A stretch of DNA of 64,000 nucleotides from Camelus dromedarius (taxonomy: Eukaryota): the NCBI RefSeq assembly GCF_036321535.1, contig NC_087437.1, positions 21,702,001 through 21,766,000 of the forward strand, given 5' to 3'. The translations under genes and the position numbers were made by a program. How positions within the stretch are numbered: position 1 is the first letter of the stretch; every line of letters starts with the position of its first letter. The notes beneath the pieces are model-generated. The model ran no database searches, was not told the origin of the DNA, and saw nothing but the letters and a program-made list of their open reading frames with translations. This document shows positions 11,600 to 24,819 of this stretch, piece by piece.

Positions 11600-11960
11600 G
11601 CATTTGTCAGTATTGAAGCCCCTTTTGCTAGTTTAAGAATAAAGAGGTTTGTTAAAAGATATTGATAATATACAGAGTCATTGGGAGAAATGGACTTCAT
11701 CATGAGACTCCCAAAACTACCCAAATTACCTGTGAAGACAGTTGCTAACTCTGAAAGGACCAGGAAGCTGCCACAAGAGGATCATGCCTTCTCTGTCTCC
11801 TCATGCAATTCAATTTTAACCAAAGTCTTACATGACTTGGTGGAACCTAAGTCATGTTTGGAACCCTATCTACAAGTAAATCTTGGAAATGTAGTTCTTG
11901 GCTTTCCAGGAAGGCATCCAAGAAGGGAGTTGGGGCAATCCACAGTGTCTGTTAGTATGT
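11600..11960. mobile_element. MaLR LTR remnant (MLT1-type)
   Basis: ggtggaacctaagtcatg...ggaaatgtagttcttggctttccag. Confidence 0.5.
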
Positions 11961-12239
11961 AACTGACTAGTCTATCATTTTCCCATTATTTTGGTGTGTC
12001 ATCGTCTTCATAAATACATCATAGATGAAAAGAAATTTGGGGACAGTCAGTCTCTGTCACACTCCACAGCTGTTTTCCTGTTTCCCATCTATTTCAGTTA
12101 ATGTTGTCCATGGGTTTAGTTTTTTCAACTGAAGATGGGCAAGGTGTGGAGAGAGGATAGAGAATGAAGGAAACTGCCCCAGATCATCCTTCTCTTCACT
12201 AAAGCCACTTTCCCCCCAGTGCCTTTCAGGCTGACTTCA

Positions 12240-13140
12240 TACTGCAGTAATTCCTCAGCTTGATCTTCCAGTTCCTAACTGGTCATCATCTGTGTCTGTT
12301 CTGAAACCTGGATCATCCAATTCATTCTTTATCTCAATCATCAAAGTTTTAAATTCCCAACTCTCTAGTTAAAATTTCTGTACTTGCAACATCTTCTCAT
12401 GTTTCACTGAAGGTATCCATTGTCCTTTTCAGATGTCTTCTGATTGTTGTCTAGCTCTGTTTTATCTCATGGTAATTATAGAAATGGTGCTTCTCTTATA
12501 GTGATTTTTTTTTCAAATGGATGATACAGTGTTTAGTTATCTGTTCAATTTTGTGTTTTAGAATCTCTGTGCATTTTACCTTTTTATTCACTGGGGACAT
12601 CCTCTTCCAGTTTTAGTTGAGGAACAGTACTCCAGAGGCCTGGCTGTGTTGGTAGTTCACCCTCAAGGTGTGGGAAACTCGTGTTCTTCCTGGAAGTCTG
12701 TAGCTACCTGGGTCACAATTTGGACCAGCTGGGGAGGAGAAAGTTTTTGACTAGCTTAGCTACTCAAACCTCTTTCCCCAGCTACTCTCTCCGACCAGCA
12801 CCTCAGTGTCCTTCTTCCAACTGTTCGTCTGTTAAGCTGAGCTGAGCTTGCACACCCCTCCCGCTGCTTCACCCTTTGCCTTCACCTCCTCTTCCATATG
12901 ATTTGAGCTCAACGTTCCTTCCCTTTTCTTTCCCTGAGGTGTGATCCTCTCTGTATTCTGTTTTTTCTTAACATTTCTGGTTTGTTGATGGCAGGTTTTC
13001 TTGTTTTCCTAGGATTTTTTTTTTAAGTTTTTAAAGGTATCTTCTCTATTATTTTTCATCTTATTTCTCATTGGTAGATATTTCCTGAAATTTTATGTGG
13101 TAGGTAGGGTATAGATGCATGTGTTTGGTTAGCTATTTTG
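12240..13140 (-). mobile_element. Very old L1/HAL1 5'/ORF1-region remnant
   Basis: T-rich decayed sequence with cagcttgatcttccagttcctaact and cttctcatgtttcactgaagg motifs. Confidence 0.35.
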
Positions 13141-13167
13141 ATCCAATCTCCATTAAATAATGTATGC

Positions 13168-13198
13168 ATGTGTGTGTGTGCGTGTGTGAGAGAGAGAG
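13168..13198. repeat. Compound (TG)n(AG)n microsatellite
   Basis: atgtgtgtgtgtgcgtgtgtgagagagagag. Confidence 0.9.
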
Positions 13199-13327
13199 GT
13201 TTTTGCATAATTTTGTCTTATGTCTCAGATTATTCTTTTCTCCTCCAAATGATGTAAAAAGTAAAGCTAGAGTTAAACTGAATCTTAGCCTTTTTTACCT
13301 ATATTCTTCTCTATTCCCTTTATTCTG

Positions 13328-13352
13328 AAAAAAAAAAAAAAAAAAAAAAAAA
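13328..13352. repeat. Poly-A tract (A25)
   Basis: Seen directly. Confidence 0.95.
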
Positions 13353-13605
13353 GGCCAAATAAAGTAAAAATGTTCCCACCATACTTCCTGGTATTACCCA
13401 GTGTCATTCAAAATGCTCCAACTTTTCCTGAAATGGGAGGTAAATTGGTGCTCATAGGTAGCAGCTGATTTCAGGATCAGGATCAGGGCTGGGTGGCAGC
13501 TGGATGTTGTGGTTATAAGCATTTTAGAAAACATCAGGCTCTGGGAACTAACACTAACCATGTTCACAAAAACTTACTTTATAACCCCAAAGACTTGGTT
13601 TTTTT

Positions 13606-13631
13606 TTGTTGTTGTTGTTGTTGTTGTTGTT
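13606..13631. repeat. (TTG)n microsatellite
   Basis: About 8 ttg units following a T run. Confidence 0.9.
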
Positions 13632-14557
13632 TGCTTAGGATATGGGATGTATTATAAATTTGCAGGGACTACTTGTGATGAATAAGACACATTTGGAGTT
13701 GGATTTGAATTGGAATCCTAGCTCACCATTCATTCACTCCTCTCTGTTACCTAAAATTTCTGAATCTTTACTTTTGTCCTTGTGAGCATTAAATGAGATA
13801 AAGAACATGAAGTTCTTGGCACAGCAGTTTAGCATGTAGATAACATGGAATAGACATTAGAGATGGTGGTGAAGCTGATAATGGTGGTGACACTGGAGTT
13901 CTGCTCCTGATGGTCTCCTTCCCAGTGTCACTGAGCCTGGGAAAACAGATGAATAATCCAGAAGGATTACTGGGAATTGTGAAATCAGCAAAGACTGTTT
14001 GTATAAAATAAATTTATATCCATATACGTATATGCACATATATACAATTTAGTTTTTATTTAGTCTTTATTTGATTATGTTATTATGAAAAAAATATTTT
14101 GTGCCTCAGTTTTCTAACCTATGAGGTCAGCTTAATAGGATTGTCATGGCTATTCTACAAGGAAACGTTGTAAAGTGCTTAAAATAGTGAGTGGGATATA
14201 GTAGGAGCACAATAACTGAGCTATGTTGTTATTATTATTATTTTTATTAATAATATTATATTACAATATTTTATGTAAGATGTAGAAAAGCCAGAAAATT
14301 ATCCTATTTCCATTCAAGTTGGTGATTTTATTTTTTCAACCAACAGTTGGAACACATGATTGAGCATAAATTCATGTGATAAACACATATTTAAAATTGA
14401 GACTGTTCTGGAAAATAGTGAAATTATATGGTTGCTATAACTAGACCATATATTTTTGATGACCAGAATACTTGTGCCAACCAAATACAGCTTTTTTTCT
14501 CTGTGAATTTCTCCAATCTAAAGCCATTACTTCCATTGCTTTAAACTATTACTCTTT

Positions 14558-14652
14558 TTTTCCCCCTTTTTTAATGGCGGTGCTGGGGATTGAATCAAGG
14601 ACCTCCTGCATGCTAAGCACATGCTCTACCAGTGAGCTATACCCCCACATCC
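14558..14652 (-). mobile_element. Vic-1-type tRNA-Ala-derived SINE (short form)
   Basis: Reverse complement of gggggtatagctcactggtagagcatgtgcttagcatgcaggaggtccttgattcaatccccagcacc. TSD taaactattactcttt at 14542 and 14653. Confidence 0.9.
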
Positions 14653-15209
14653 TAAACTATTACTCTTTTAATTATCAGTGGAACCGTTATATCAAATAAA
14701 ATCTCAGAGGATACCCCAATATAGAAGTAATAGTGTGCTATGTGGCCTGGAGTCCTTGACCCAGAGCTCTGCTTGTTTATCATCTCCATGACACTCCAGG
14801 CTCCTGGAAACACAGTTTGAAGACCTTATTTCTCATTGGTAGATATATAATCAGTTTTGCAAATAACAATTTTTTCTTCATCATTATTATGCATTGGTTA
14901 TGCATTTCTAATTATATACTCTAGTTTTTGTTTTACCTTTGGGAAGTACTTCTGTGAAAAACTTCAGTTTTATCAACAATAGATTTACAAATTACATTTG
15001 GGAGTTGGTTACTTTTAGAGATGAGTTGTTCTAAACATTTTATACTGGTTATTTTTAGCTTCCTCTACAGAGGGTGATTTTTTTTTTTTTTTTTTTTTTT
15101 TGCCTTTACTCCAAATCAAGTTACACCATAGAGTCTACACTTCCTCATAAACTTATCTTGGTCAACATTCCCATTAAATAAAGAGCCCATAGGAGTATTT
15201 GATTAATTA

Positions 15210-15755
15210 TTCTTTATCCTTATTGGAAAATAATTTATATAAAATAAATTTCATAAATTTAAAGCATACAATTTAATTTCAACAGTTGTATATGCCTGTG
15301 AAATCTCCACTACAATCAAAACAAGATTTACTTTCCATCATACCCAAAAGATTTTTACTGCCCCTTTACAGGCCACCCCTCCCTCCACCCCTGGCTCCAG
15401 GCAATTACTGATTTGTTTTTTCTCATTTTAGATTAGTTTGAACTTTATATAAATGGAATCACACCTTTGTCTCTGACCTCTTCTATTCATCATAATGATT
15501 AAGCCTATGAGTAATTCTTTCCTCTTTTTTTTTTTTTTGGCTGATTAGTATTCCATTGCATAAATGTACCACAATTTATTATTTCACCTGTTGATGGGCT
15601 TTTGGGTTCCTTCTGATTTGGGGCTATTGTGAAAAAAAAGCTGCTGTGAACATTTATATTCAAGTCTTTTTGTGTATGTATGTTTTAATTTCTCTTGGGT
15701 AATACCTATGAGTGGAGTGGCTGGGTTATATGGCAGATGTGTCTTTCACTTTTAA
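15210..15755 (-). mobile_element. L1 3' fragment (L1MB/MC-like)
   Basis: ttatataaatggaatca...tagtattccattg...gctgctgtgaacatt...gagtggctgggttatatgg. Confidence 0.75.
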
Positions 15756-16333
15756 AGGAATATATTGTGAGAACTTACAACTCCTCCTGTATATGTGGAC
15801 TCAGATAAGGACACTAAATCCACTGATTTCTCTAGGTGGAAGGCAGGGAGAAACTCTTATCCTCCTCAGCCTTAGCCCACATACTTCCATATTTAATTAC
15901 TTATCAATTCCTTTGGGTTCCTAAAATAATTTCAACATCCTTCTTCTTCATCTGTCCAGCCCTACTTAAACCATCTCAGGATTTCTTCGGTACCTGTTTT
16001 GTATTCAGTACTGTGTTAGGTGCTAAGGGGCCACACAGGACTTGAGTTAAGGGCAGCAAAATAAGGACCCCTCCTATTGCCTGGACAGAGCGGAGAAACC
16101 ACAACTATAGGTTATGCTACATGCAAACTATGTGAGAACTCTTGTGGTTGCATTCCATTTGCTTGACTCACATGCTGGAGGAAATAGCCCACCTTTGAGT
16201 GTGAGCTGTAGTCATTCATTTTTTAAGCGGGTGTGGCTGTGAAATGAAGTGTTATGAGAAATCCCCCAAAAAGGGGGGAAGGAGAGAGAAAACTTTGCTC
16301 TTTTTATACCAAATATATATCTTTTCTCATGGC

Positions 16334-16516
16334 CAGTGGTTCGCCAAGTGTGGCATCCGTATTAGTAGCACCAGTTTCCCTTGGGAAAATATTAGAAATG
16401 CAAATAGTCGCGCCTCACCCTAGATCTACATTTCATCCGAACTCTTGAGCGTGGGATCTGTGATTCAACAAGCTCTCCAGGTGTTTCTCATCCACACTCA
16501 AGTTTGAGAACCACTG
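16334..16516. mobile_element. MER5A immediately upstream of the PLS1 CpG island
   Basis: Terminal inverted repeats cagtggtt...aaccactg with ttagaaatgcaaat core. Confidence 0.8.
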
Positions 16517-16549
16517 TGCTAAGATCATTCCAATTGTGTACACGGTCAT

Positions 16550-17050
16550 CTTTAGGCATGGAGGAAGGTGCGTCCTGGGTAGCTGTGGGCAGTAGGCTGT
16601 CGCAGTGCCCATCACCTGCAGCTCCACTTCAGCTCTCGGCTTCTGGTCCTTTCCCTTGGTAGTCGCAGCCAAAACCCGGCAAGTGGATTCGGAGTTTGTT
16701 GACCCGGATGCCGGCCGGGCATGCGTAGTGGCGCGAGCGCCGCAGCTAGGCGGGCGCCGAGAGGTAGCTGCAGAGTGGACCGCGGGCGCCTGGATCCTGA
16801 GCGGGAGTGCGGGCTCGACAGCGGGACGGCTGCGGCAGGTACGCGGCGCGGCGCGGCGGTGGGGTCCGAGAAGAAGCCTGGCAGAATACAAGGCTTTACT
16901 TTGTCGCTGGCGCGCGCAGCGGCTCCAGAGGAGTCTCTCCGGTTTCCCTGGCTGGGGAGGCGGCTCCCCGGCGCGTCCTGCCCAGTCCGGGCAACACGTA
17001 GTGCGGGCAGGTGTTAACTCGTGTATTTATGCTGCTTACACAGTAAGCCT
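16550..17050. promoter_or_regulatory. PLS1: CpG-island promoter of the plus-strand gene (PLS1 by synteny)
   Basis: Second CpG-dense island ~10.5 kb from the ATR promoter. It has CCGGATG (ETS-like), GCATGCG (NRF1-like half), GGGCG boxes and E-boxes CACCTG/CAGGTG, with a GRHL-like GACCGGTT at ~17192. Gene name is inferred from the conserved head-to-head ATR-PLS1 order. Confidence 0.8.
16720..16838 (+). other. PLS1: Non-coding exon 1 of PLS1 (start approximate)
   Basis: GC-rich segment ending ...gacggctgcggCAG|GTACGC (GT at 16839-16840) inside the island. PLS1 has a non-coding first exon with its ATG in a distant downstream exon. Confidence 0.7.
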
Positions 17051-18056
17051 GAGAACTGCATTATGATTCTCTGCATGAAATTAGGCATTCTGTTAACTTT
17101 TCTGTTTTCCTTTCTCTCATTTAAACTTTGGGGGGTTGGGGTGTGCTGCCGGTGAGGCTTTCTGATCCAGCCTGTTTCGCTTGAATTCTGTGACCGGTTT
17201 ATTTGCCTTTGGCCTTTTTGTACACAGGATCAATAGGGCTGGAGTGAAATCGCATCCGTGGTTTCTGGTTTTGGTGCCTTTCCTGGAGCAGGGGGGCCTC
17301 TGGATGCGGCATAAATAATGCCAACTTTCAGCGCATTTCAGTGCCAAAAACTTTCCTCATTTAAGCTGCATTTTTAAGTAAGACTTTCTAAAATTAAAAA
17401 AAAAATTCCGCTTTACTTTTCTACATTACTGTTATTTCAGGCTTTGTTTGGTACTATTAAAAGGAAGCGGTCTTTTAGATGAGTGGCAGAGTTCTCACTT
17501 TTCTCCCCTTTATTTACCCTGTCACATTTTATGGGTCGCCCAGAGACATTTTACCCTGGGGCTGTGGTATTGGATACACTAGTAGGAAGTTAAGGCTGTG
17601 CTGCACACATGTCTTAAATAACCTGTAAGCCATCAACAAAATTTGGGGGCACATACTGAACATTCTTTAAGTGTTAAATTTATGATGTGTGAGGCATATG
17701 CATAAAATTAGTAAGTGTAGGGGGAAAATTTTTAGTTCAGGAGAAGCCTATATGGAAAGGGGATATAGATACCTGCCTTTCCCTCCACACCCCCGCCCCC
17801 AAGATAAAGGTTTTAATGGCAGAAATAATATACAGTTGGTTTAGTTTTGGACTGTAGAGACCTTCGAGGTCAGCCAGTTCAGCTGCTTCAGTTTACAAAT
17901 GAGAAAACCGAAACCAACAAGGTTAAATGACTTGCTGTGGCTGCTAAAGCCCCTTGGCAAAGCTGGGCCTGGGACCCAGGTTTTCTGATTTTAGGGCTCT
18001 TTTTACCATCCCCCTGCTGGTACTTTCCTCAGTTTGGTTAGATTATTAAACTTTCT

Positions 18057-18336
18057 CTTTATTTTTATTTTTAGTTGAAGTATAATTGATTTACAATGTT
18101 TCAGGTGTACAGCAAAGTGATTCAGGTATACATATTTATATAAATATGTATTCTGTTTCAGATTCTTTTTCATTATAGGCTATTAAGGTTCTGAATATAG
18201 TTCTCTGTGCTATACAGTAGGACCTTGTTTATTCTTTATGTATAGTAGTGTGTATCTGTTAATCCCGAATTCCAAGTTTATCCCTCCCCACCCCTTCTCC
18301 CTTTGGTAGCCATAAGTTTGTTTTCTATGTCTGTGA
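18057..18336 (-). mobile_element. Lineage-type L1 3' end (5'-truncated)
   Basis: ttgaagtataattgatttacaatg...gctatacagtaggaccttg. TSD taaactttct at 18047 and 18337. Confidence 0.85.
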
Positions 18337-20539
18337 TAAACTTTCTTACTCTCCTCTGCCTCCTATACTTTGTGGTCTGGCTTAAACAGAAAATTAGTTA
18401 TTCCTGCTACTAAGCTTGCTAGCAGCTTTGGAGCTTTCAAAAAGTACCCTCTCACACAAGCCCCACCTAACAATTTCCTGGTCTTGAAACCGCCCTCCTT
18501 CCTTACCTTAGTCATGCTGGACCCTTGGCCCCTGTTTGCCTCCCTCCCTGTTGAAGTTCTGCACATGCTCGCAGGTGTGGCTCAGGTTTGACCTCTTCCT
18601 AGAAGGCTTCCTTGATCACTGCAGCTAGAAAGTAACTCTCCCTCTTCTGAGCCCTCTTAACGTTCATTATTGTTGTCTGTGCTAGTATCCCCCTCATCTT
18701 TAGTATCCCGGGTTGTTGAATTTTAGTACATATCCCAACTTCCTGACCAGTGAGTGTAAGCTCTTGGAATTTCTGATTGCCTGTGACTTAGACATCCCAC
18801 CCAGAACTAAGCACAAATAATGTTCTCAGTACTGATTGTGGGAGGGAGGATGTGAAGTAGGGACAACTTTGTAAATAGTATTGATGTGGGTGCTCCGTAA
18901 AATGAGAGAGGCCACCTTAGAGCTATATAGCAAGATAGTGGCCAAGCTAAACCAGCCTGATGAGATGATTCTCATATCTTCGTGAGGAATCACAAACCAT
19001 TTGCGGCAGTTCTGGAGACAGGGGTCAAATCGGAGCAGAGGAGAGTTGCCTAGGGCCTGGATTTAAGCATGTGATTCTAAGTGCAGAGTGGAGAGCACAG
19101 ATTTAAGAAATGATGTAAAGGGGAAAGCATTTGGTAAAAAAACTCGATGTGGAGGAGGAAAGACATTTTGAAAATTCTTTTCGTTTCAGGTTTGACGTGC
19201 TGGTCATGTACTGTTCTTTTTATTTTGTAAACACCTCCAGTTGTGACAGAATCTCTTGTTTCTTACAGTTGTCGATGTGGTTGTCTCATTTCTCATTCTA
19301 GATGGCAAGCTTTTTGGGGAATGATCTTTAATCTCTCATAGCTTTGCGGTATTCGATACTCAATAGTTACGCCATGAACAAATAAACAAACAAATGTATC
19401 TTGACATGGGGAGGATGAGCATTTTGGACCTTAGGGCTGTAAGGCAGCAGTTTATCCAGACCACCCCCTCATTATGTAGAGAAGGAACTGAGATAACACT
19501 AGTTAGTGGTGAAGCCAGAGGCTCTGCTCAAGTTTTATCACCACTAGCCCCAAGCTCTTTTCATTAACCCTAACTTTTCAAAGTTACCAGCCCCAAGATT
19601 AATTTGAGTTGGCAGCAGGACGCTCCAGTTGGAGATGTTCTGTAGTTCAAAAGCCCTCTGAGACCTAATCGAAAGGGGGAAACTTGATGGCCAATGGGAG
19701 GACATCTGTGTCACTGGAAGAGAAGAGACACAGGGGATGACTGGCCAATTCAAGGTTGATTACACAGAATGAGGGTGGGCAAGGCTGCAGACCTGGGAAT
19801 CTGCATACAGTGCAGTCGAGGAGGCATCTGGAAAGGACATGAGAGGTTAGCTTGTCAGGGGCAGAATATCCAAACGGATGGACCCAGGGTCCTTGGACTG
19901 AGAGAGTATTTGGGAAAGACAGTCTACGCTTTCGGGAGGTGGTGAGCAATAGCCGTGGTGTTTATGACCCAGGAATTTGGGGTAAGTTTTAGAGTGAGAG
20001 AACTGTGATCAGTCTCATCACCTGTAGAAACAAGACAGAAAGTAGTGCTTCCGAAACCAGAATCCAAGTTCAAGAAGTCGCTTACAATATTTGTTTACTT
20101 GGAACAGATGTTGCAAATAGCCATTTTGCAAATCAAAACACAGCCTTTTCATTGAGCTGCACATCGCATCGAGGGAGCTGTTGTATGGCACACATCCTTC
20201 CTGTTGACATTCACGCTGTAGTTGATCACCGTCTTCACCTGGCAGTGATGCTTGTTCTTTTAAGAGCCAAGAAGAGATAGCAGTTGAGGGGAAATACAGC
20301 TTGAGAGATGATTACCTGGCGGGGGGTGGTGGCCAAGTATAGAGGGATTACCTTTTTATAATCATTACATTAGTCACAGTTAATTGGACATCCAAATACA
20401 AAATCAGGCAGTACATTGTAGTTAATGTCTCATACACTTTAAAAAACGCCCAGATATTAAATTCCAGATTAATATACCACAACTCTGCGTAAAATAACTA
20501 TATTATGTAAGTTCCTCAAAATAATGATAGTAATATTAG

Positions 20540-20790
20540 TAACTAGTATTAATAGAATGTTTTCCATGGACCAGACACTGTACCGAACACTTTACAAGCA
20601 ATATGTTGAAGTCTCTCCAAACCATCCTATGAGATTGGTGCAATTATTATTCCCATTTTACGGCTGAGAAAACTGAGACATAGATAAAAGCACATTTCTG
20701 AGGTCACTTGTTGATATAAGTGGCTGAGCTGAGCTTAGATGGAAGGGCCCTACTGACTTCAGGCACTGAGAGCTCAAATAACATAATAGC
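20540..20790 (-). mobile_element. MIR SINE
   Basis: attattattcccattttacggctgagaaaactgag core. Other MIRs lie at about 13670, 14100, 17870, 33240, 38210, 48160, 48850 and 56090. Confidence 0.75.
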
Positions 20791-22762
20791 TTAAGAAAAT
20801 GCAAGGCTTTATCTGTGGTAACCCCAGCAGATGCTTAGAATGGCCACAGATTTTAGCTGGTGACACTCCCAACATTCTGTGAGCCAGACTTTAATAACAA
20901 ACAAAACAGTGATGAATCTTTCTGGGTTTTGTTTTTAAAATTATTCCACTTTGTCTTTTTCTCCTTTACCCTTGAAGCATTCCTGGAGGCGGAGACAGCA
21001 GCTCTTTCTCTGGGTGCACCATAAAGCTAATTCTGTCCTGCTCCCACCGTCTTTTGTGGGGTGGAGCTGGGGTGCTGGAGGAGAGTTGGTAGTCATCCAG
21101 GAGATGACTCTGGACCTAGGGGGTGAGACTCACCTTGTGTATAAGCCTGAGGACTCTAGGGAGACCGGATTGATAAGGACTTTTTCCCCTGCGGTGGCAG
21201 GATGCACTGCTGGGAGCTTCTGGGGTAGCTGAGGGTCCTAGCCCTAATCTTGATCTCAGATCTTTGAACTGTGGTCAAAACCCCCAGGCTGAACCCAGAC
21301 CTGGACACTTCCCTTCATGGTCTTCAAACTCAGGGAGTTCTGACGTCAGTGTGGACTTGCTGCAGTTGCAGGTGGGTGCTGATCCCTCGGGGAAGGCCCC
21401 AGGTCAGAAACAAGTGATTTAGAGGCAGGACTGCCAGGCCTCAGATTTGACCAGCTGAGTTGGCTGTGAGAAAATGTCCCCTCCTGCCCTCCCTGATGAA
21501 CCTCATTAATCCCCCTGGGGAGTCTCAAAACGGAAGCCAGCCGAGGGCATTCGCTCTTCCCCTCCTTGTGCCGCCTGAGCGCTCGGTCCATTTCCTGCTT
21601 CTGCCTTACCTTCTCCTGAGCTGGTCCAGTGCCTTCTCAGGGCCTGCGCTCTGGATATGAAAGGAAAGGCCGCCACTTCAGGCCATTGCTTGTTTCAACA
21701 TCCAGAAATCCAAATCAACATTTCATTCTGGATAGTGATAAAAATCTGAGAGAAAGAGGCCTTTGTGCTGCCTACAGGTTTATTGGTTATAAAGCAGTTG
21801 TACAATGCCGATTGCTGGAAATTTTGCTGACTTGTAAAATCACATGAGATGTGAGGCTGTGTCAACTTGGATCATTTTATTTCTTCTCAATACTACTGTG
21901 TCTAAAGGTGCCTACTTGCCTTTTTTTGGTAAGAAACATGTAGCATGGCATCTGTAAAAGAAAGTTGCTTTTTAGTACTACTGTGGGCACAGGAAGGGCA
22001 GGAGGGTTGATTAGGAGAGTTTTTCTCCTATTTAAACACTTGTTTTATCAGAGAGCATTTTACTTTCTAGAGGAGTTACAGGTCTTTTGTTCATAAAGTC
22101 CAGTTGTTAAGGGAACTTTAGACTTTATAATAATAAGCTATCATTTTTGTTTTGCTCTTTTGAGCAATTTAGTGCTGTGAAAAACTATAAGAACATTTGG
22201 GAACTCAGTGCACACAGATGTGCCTTCAAAAATAATCCAAGCCAACCATGAAGAAATCGTGAGAAGCTGAGTTTTTTCTGATAGTGAGGAGGATGGATCT
22301 CTTGGTGGAAGGTTTGTGGGAGGGCCTTCCTGCTGAAAAACAAAAGGTTTGGGGGAATAGTTGACAGGAGAAACTCAATACTAGAGGAAACCAGAATTAC
22401 TTTATTATGGAGAAACTTAATAAATTGTTTAAAGATCCAGCCCAGGAAATAACACATTTAAAAAAAATGACAACCCCTTCAGTTTGTTGGAGAACCAAGA
22501 AACAAGAGATGTTAGCCATGCTGTCAGCATAGAACTTGGCTTAAATTTGATTTTAAAACATTGGTAAGTGTGAGTGGAAGGATCAGTCATGTTAATTATA
22601 CCTAGGACCAAGGTCGGCTTGTCCAGACCATCCTCCTTGGTCCCATGTTGGGCCCTCTGCACTCCACGAATAAATGAGTAAACCTGTCTCTGTGATCACA
22701 ATTGTAAAATCCAAAGCGATGCATGACAATCTGTGATTTAAAACTAATGTTGAACAAGCAAA

Positions 22763-22907
22763 AAAGTTTTTTGAACTTTTTTGGCGGGGAGGGGAGGAGG
22801 TAATTAGGTTTGTTTACTTAATTATTTCTTAATGGAGGTGCTGGGGATTGAACCCAGGACCTTGTGCATGCTAAGCACGTGCTCTACCACTGAGCTATAC
22901 CCTCCTC
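22763..22907 (-). mobile_element. Vic-1-type SINE (long form)
   Basis: tRNA-Ala-like head plus aaacctaattacctcc tail. TSD ttgaacaagcaaa at 22750 and 22908. Confidence 0.92.
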
Positions 22908-24819
22908 TTGAACAAGCAAATTTGAATGCCTTAGAAAGTACTGGCTGTATTCACACTTCTTTCCCATAGCAGGTACTCAGAATCTAGATTACATTGTTGA
23001 AATGAAAAAAACAAAAAACAAAAAACAAAGCAGGTTCAGAACTGACTCATTTACAGTGAATGAGCAAAGGCACAAGTAGACTTTTTGTCTCATTTCACTT
23101 TGTCACTTTAAATGCCACCTTTTATGGCTCTATTGATTTCACTTTTTTTTTTTGTCCTTGATGATGTATACTGTGTACTGTTTATAGATAAAAATCGATG
23201 CAAACTAGAATTTTGAGGTTTGGTAAATGAGTCTCTGCTTAGGGTTAAAATGCTATTCATCAATAATTTGATAGAAAGACAATATAAATTAGTACATAAT
23301 TGAACCTTTAGCTTGATAGCAAGTTAGTATTTATAACCATTGGGAACAAAACAAAAGCTCTCAAAGACTCCTGGATTCTTTCATCTGAACACGTTCTCAG
23401 CATTTTGTCCTGGTGAACTCTCCCTTTTTCTTCCTCTCCCTTTTTCTTCCTCTCTCCTCAGATTTAGGTTCATTGGGACACTCTTGGCCCAAGAGATGTT
23501 ACCAAGAGTGGCCCAGTTCTTGCAGAGTTGAAGTGTTATTAGGTCAGTGAGGTGCCAGCCATGAAACATAGCTCAGTGATGTTTTTTTAGCAGAAGTTGT
23601 CATGCAGGTGAAATAATTTTGGAAAAACAGTAGCAGCAATTTGCCTGATCCCTTTCCGTATCCTTAAACAGCCCGAGTTAATCCCCAAGGTCACCATCAG
23701 TGGAAAAAAGGTAATCTGAGAAAACTGGAATGTTTAGTGGTCAATCTAAATGAACCCCTTAGGATAATTAAAGTTTAGATATCTGAAATCAGTTGACCTC
23801 TGATCAGAGTCACAGATGAGAAGTCAAAGTCTGGGAATCTGTTTCTGACCCCACGAGAAGAGAGGCCTTCTCTTCAGCTACGGGTTTGATGATTAAACAA
23901 GATAGTGAATGTGAAAGCAATTAGTAAACCATAAGGTAAGGAGGTGAGGTATTTATTGTTACAATAATGTTCTGACGTTACTGCCTTTCATTGATAAGTG
24001 GCCATGACTTTGAGAATGACTTGCCTGCTTGAGTTACCTGGCTGTGAAATGGCAGAGATGGAGCTCACATCTGTGTCTTCTAATTTCAACATCTGTCAGA
24101 ATGTCAGGGCTCAGCACTGGGACCATAGACAGCTAAGACAGATGTGGGGTTCCCGTCCTCACGGAGCGGCAGTCTACCCCAAATACAGTGCCCTTCCCAT
24201 CAGTCTTTTACTGACCAGAGAGAATAATTTCTCTCTGAAATTGAGATCTGGTTTTTGTAAAATCCTAAATGTGTTTATGGCTAAGCCATAAGTGATTTCT
24301 CTGTTCCCTGAGGTGCCTTCAACAACTTAAACTTCAGATCTCTCATGACAGGGTATTTATTCATCTCCATTGTGGAGAGAGGGGTTGGACGCCTCTCAGC
24401 ATCTTTCTCATTGTCAGTCAGAGGCTTGTTGCAGATGAATAATTTTTTTCCTTCTCTGCAAAATTGAAGGGATTTGATTGACGAAAGGGAGCTATGCTGG
24501 GGGTAGCACTATGAGTGAGGTGTGGTCCTTGTCCTCACGGGTTCTCTGTCAGCTGGGGGAGGCAGACACAGGGATAGCCTGTGACATGAGGGAGCACCAG
24601 GAGGAAGAGCAGAATGTGGCTTTGGGGGAGCCCAAGTGGAGAGCAGTTCATTCTGTTCAGTGGGTTGAGGAAGGTGTCTGGACTTTTGAGCTGAGCTTTG
24701 AAAGGAAAATATGAGCTCAGTCTGCAGAGAATCGATAGAAGGAAGAGCCTTCCATGTGGGAAGGATAGGGACTGGATGGAGCTGGCCTGTTCAGGAAAAT
24801 GCAGGTCCTTTCCTATGTT

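Noticed and set aside
16433..17066. ORFs of 98-153 aa over the second CpG island
   Set aside because: GC-content artefacts with no resemblance to plastin or any recognisable protein.
22483..22569. Possible exon ending TTG|GTAAGT (similar isolated donor AAG|GTAAGC at 26891)
   Set aside because: Good donors but weak or absent upstream acceptors. Expected by chance in 47 kb of intron.
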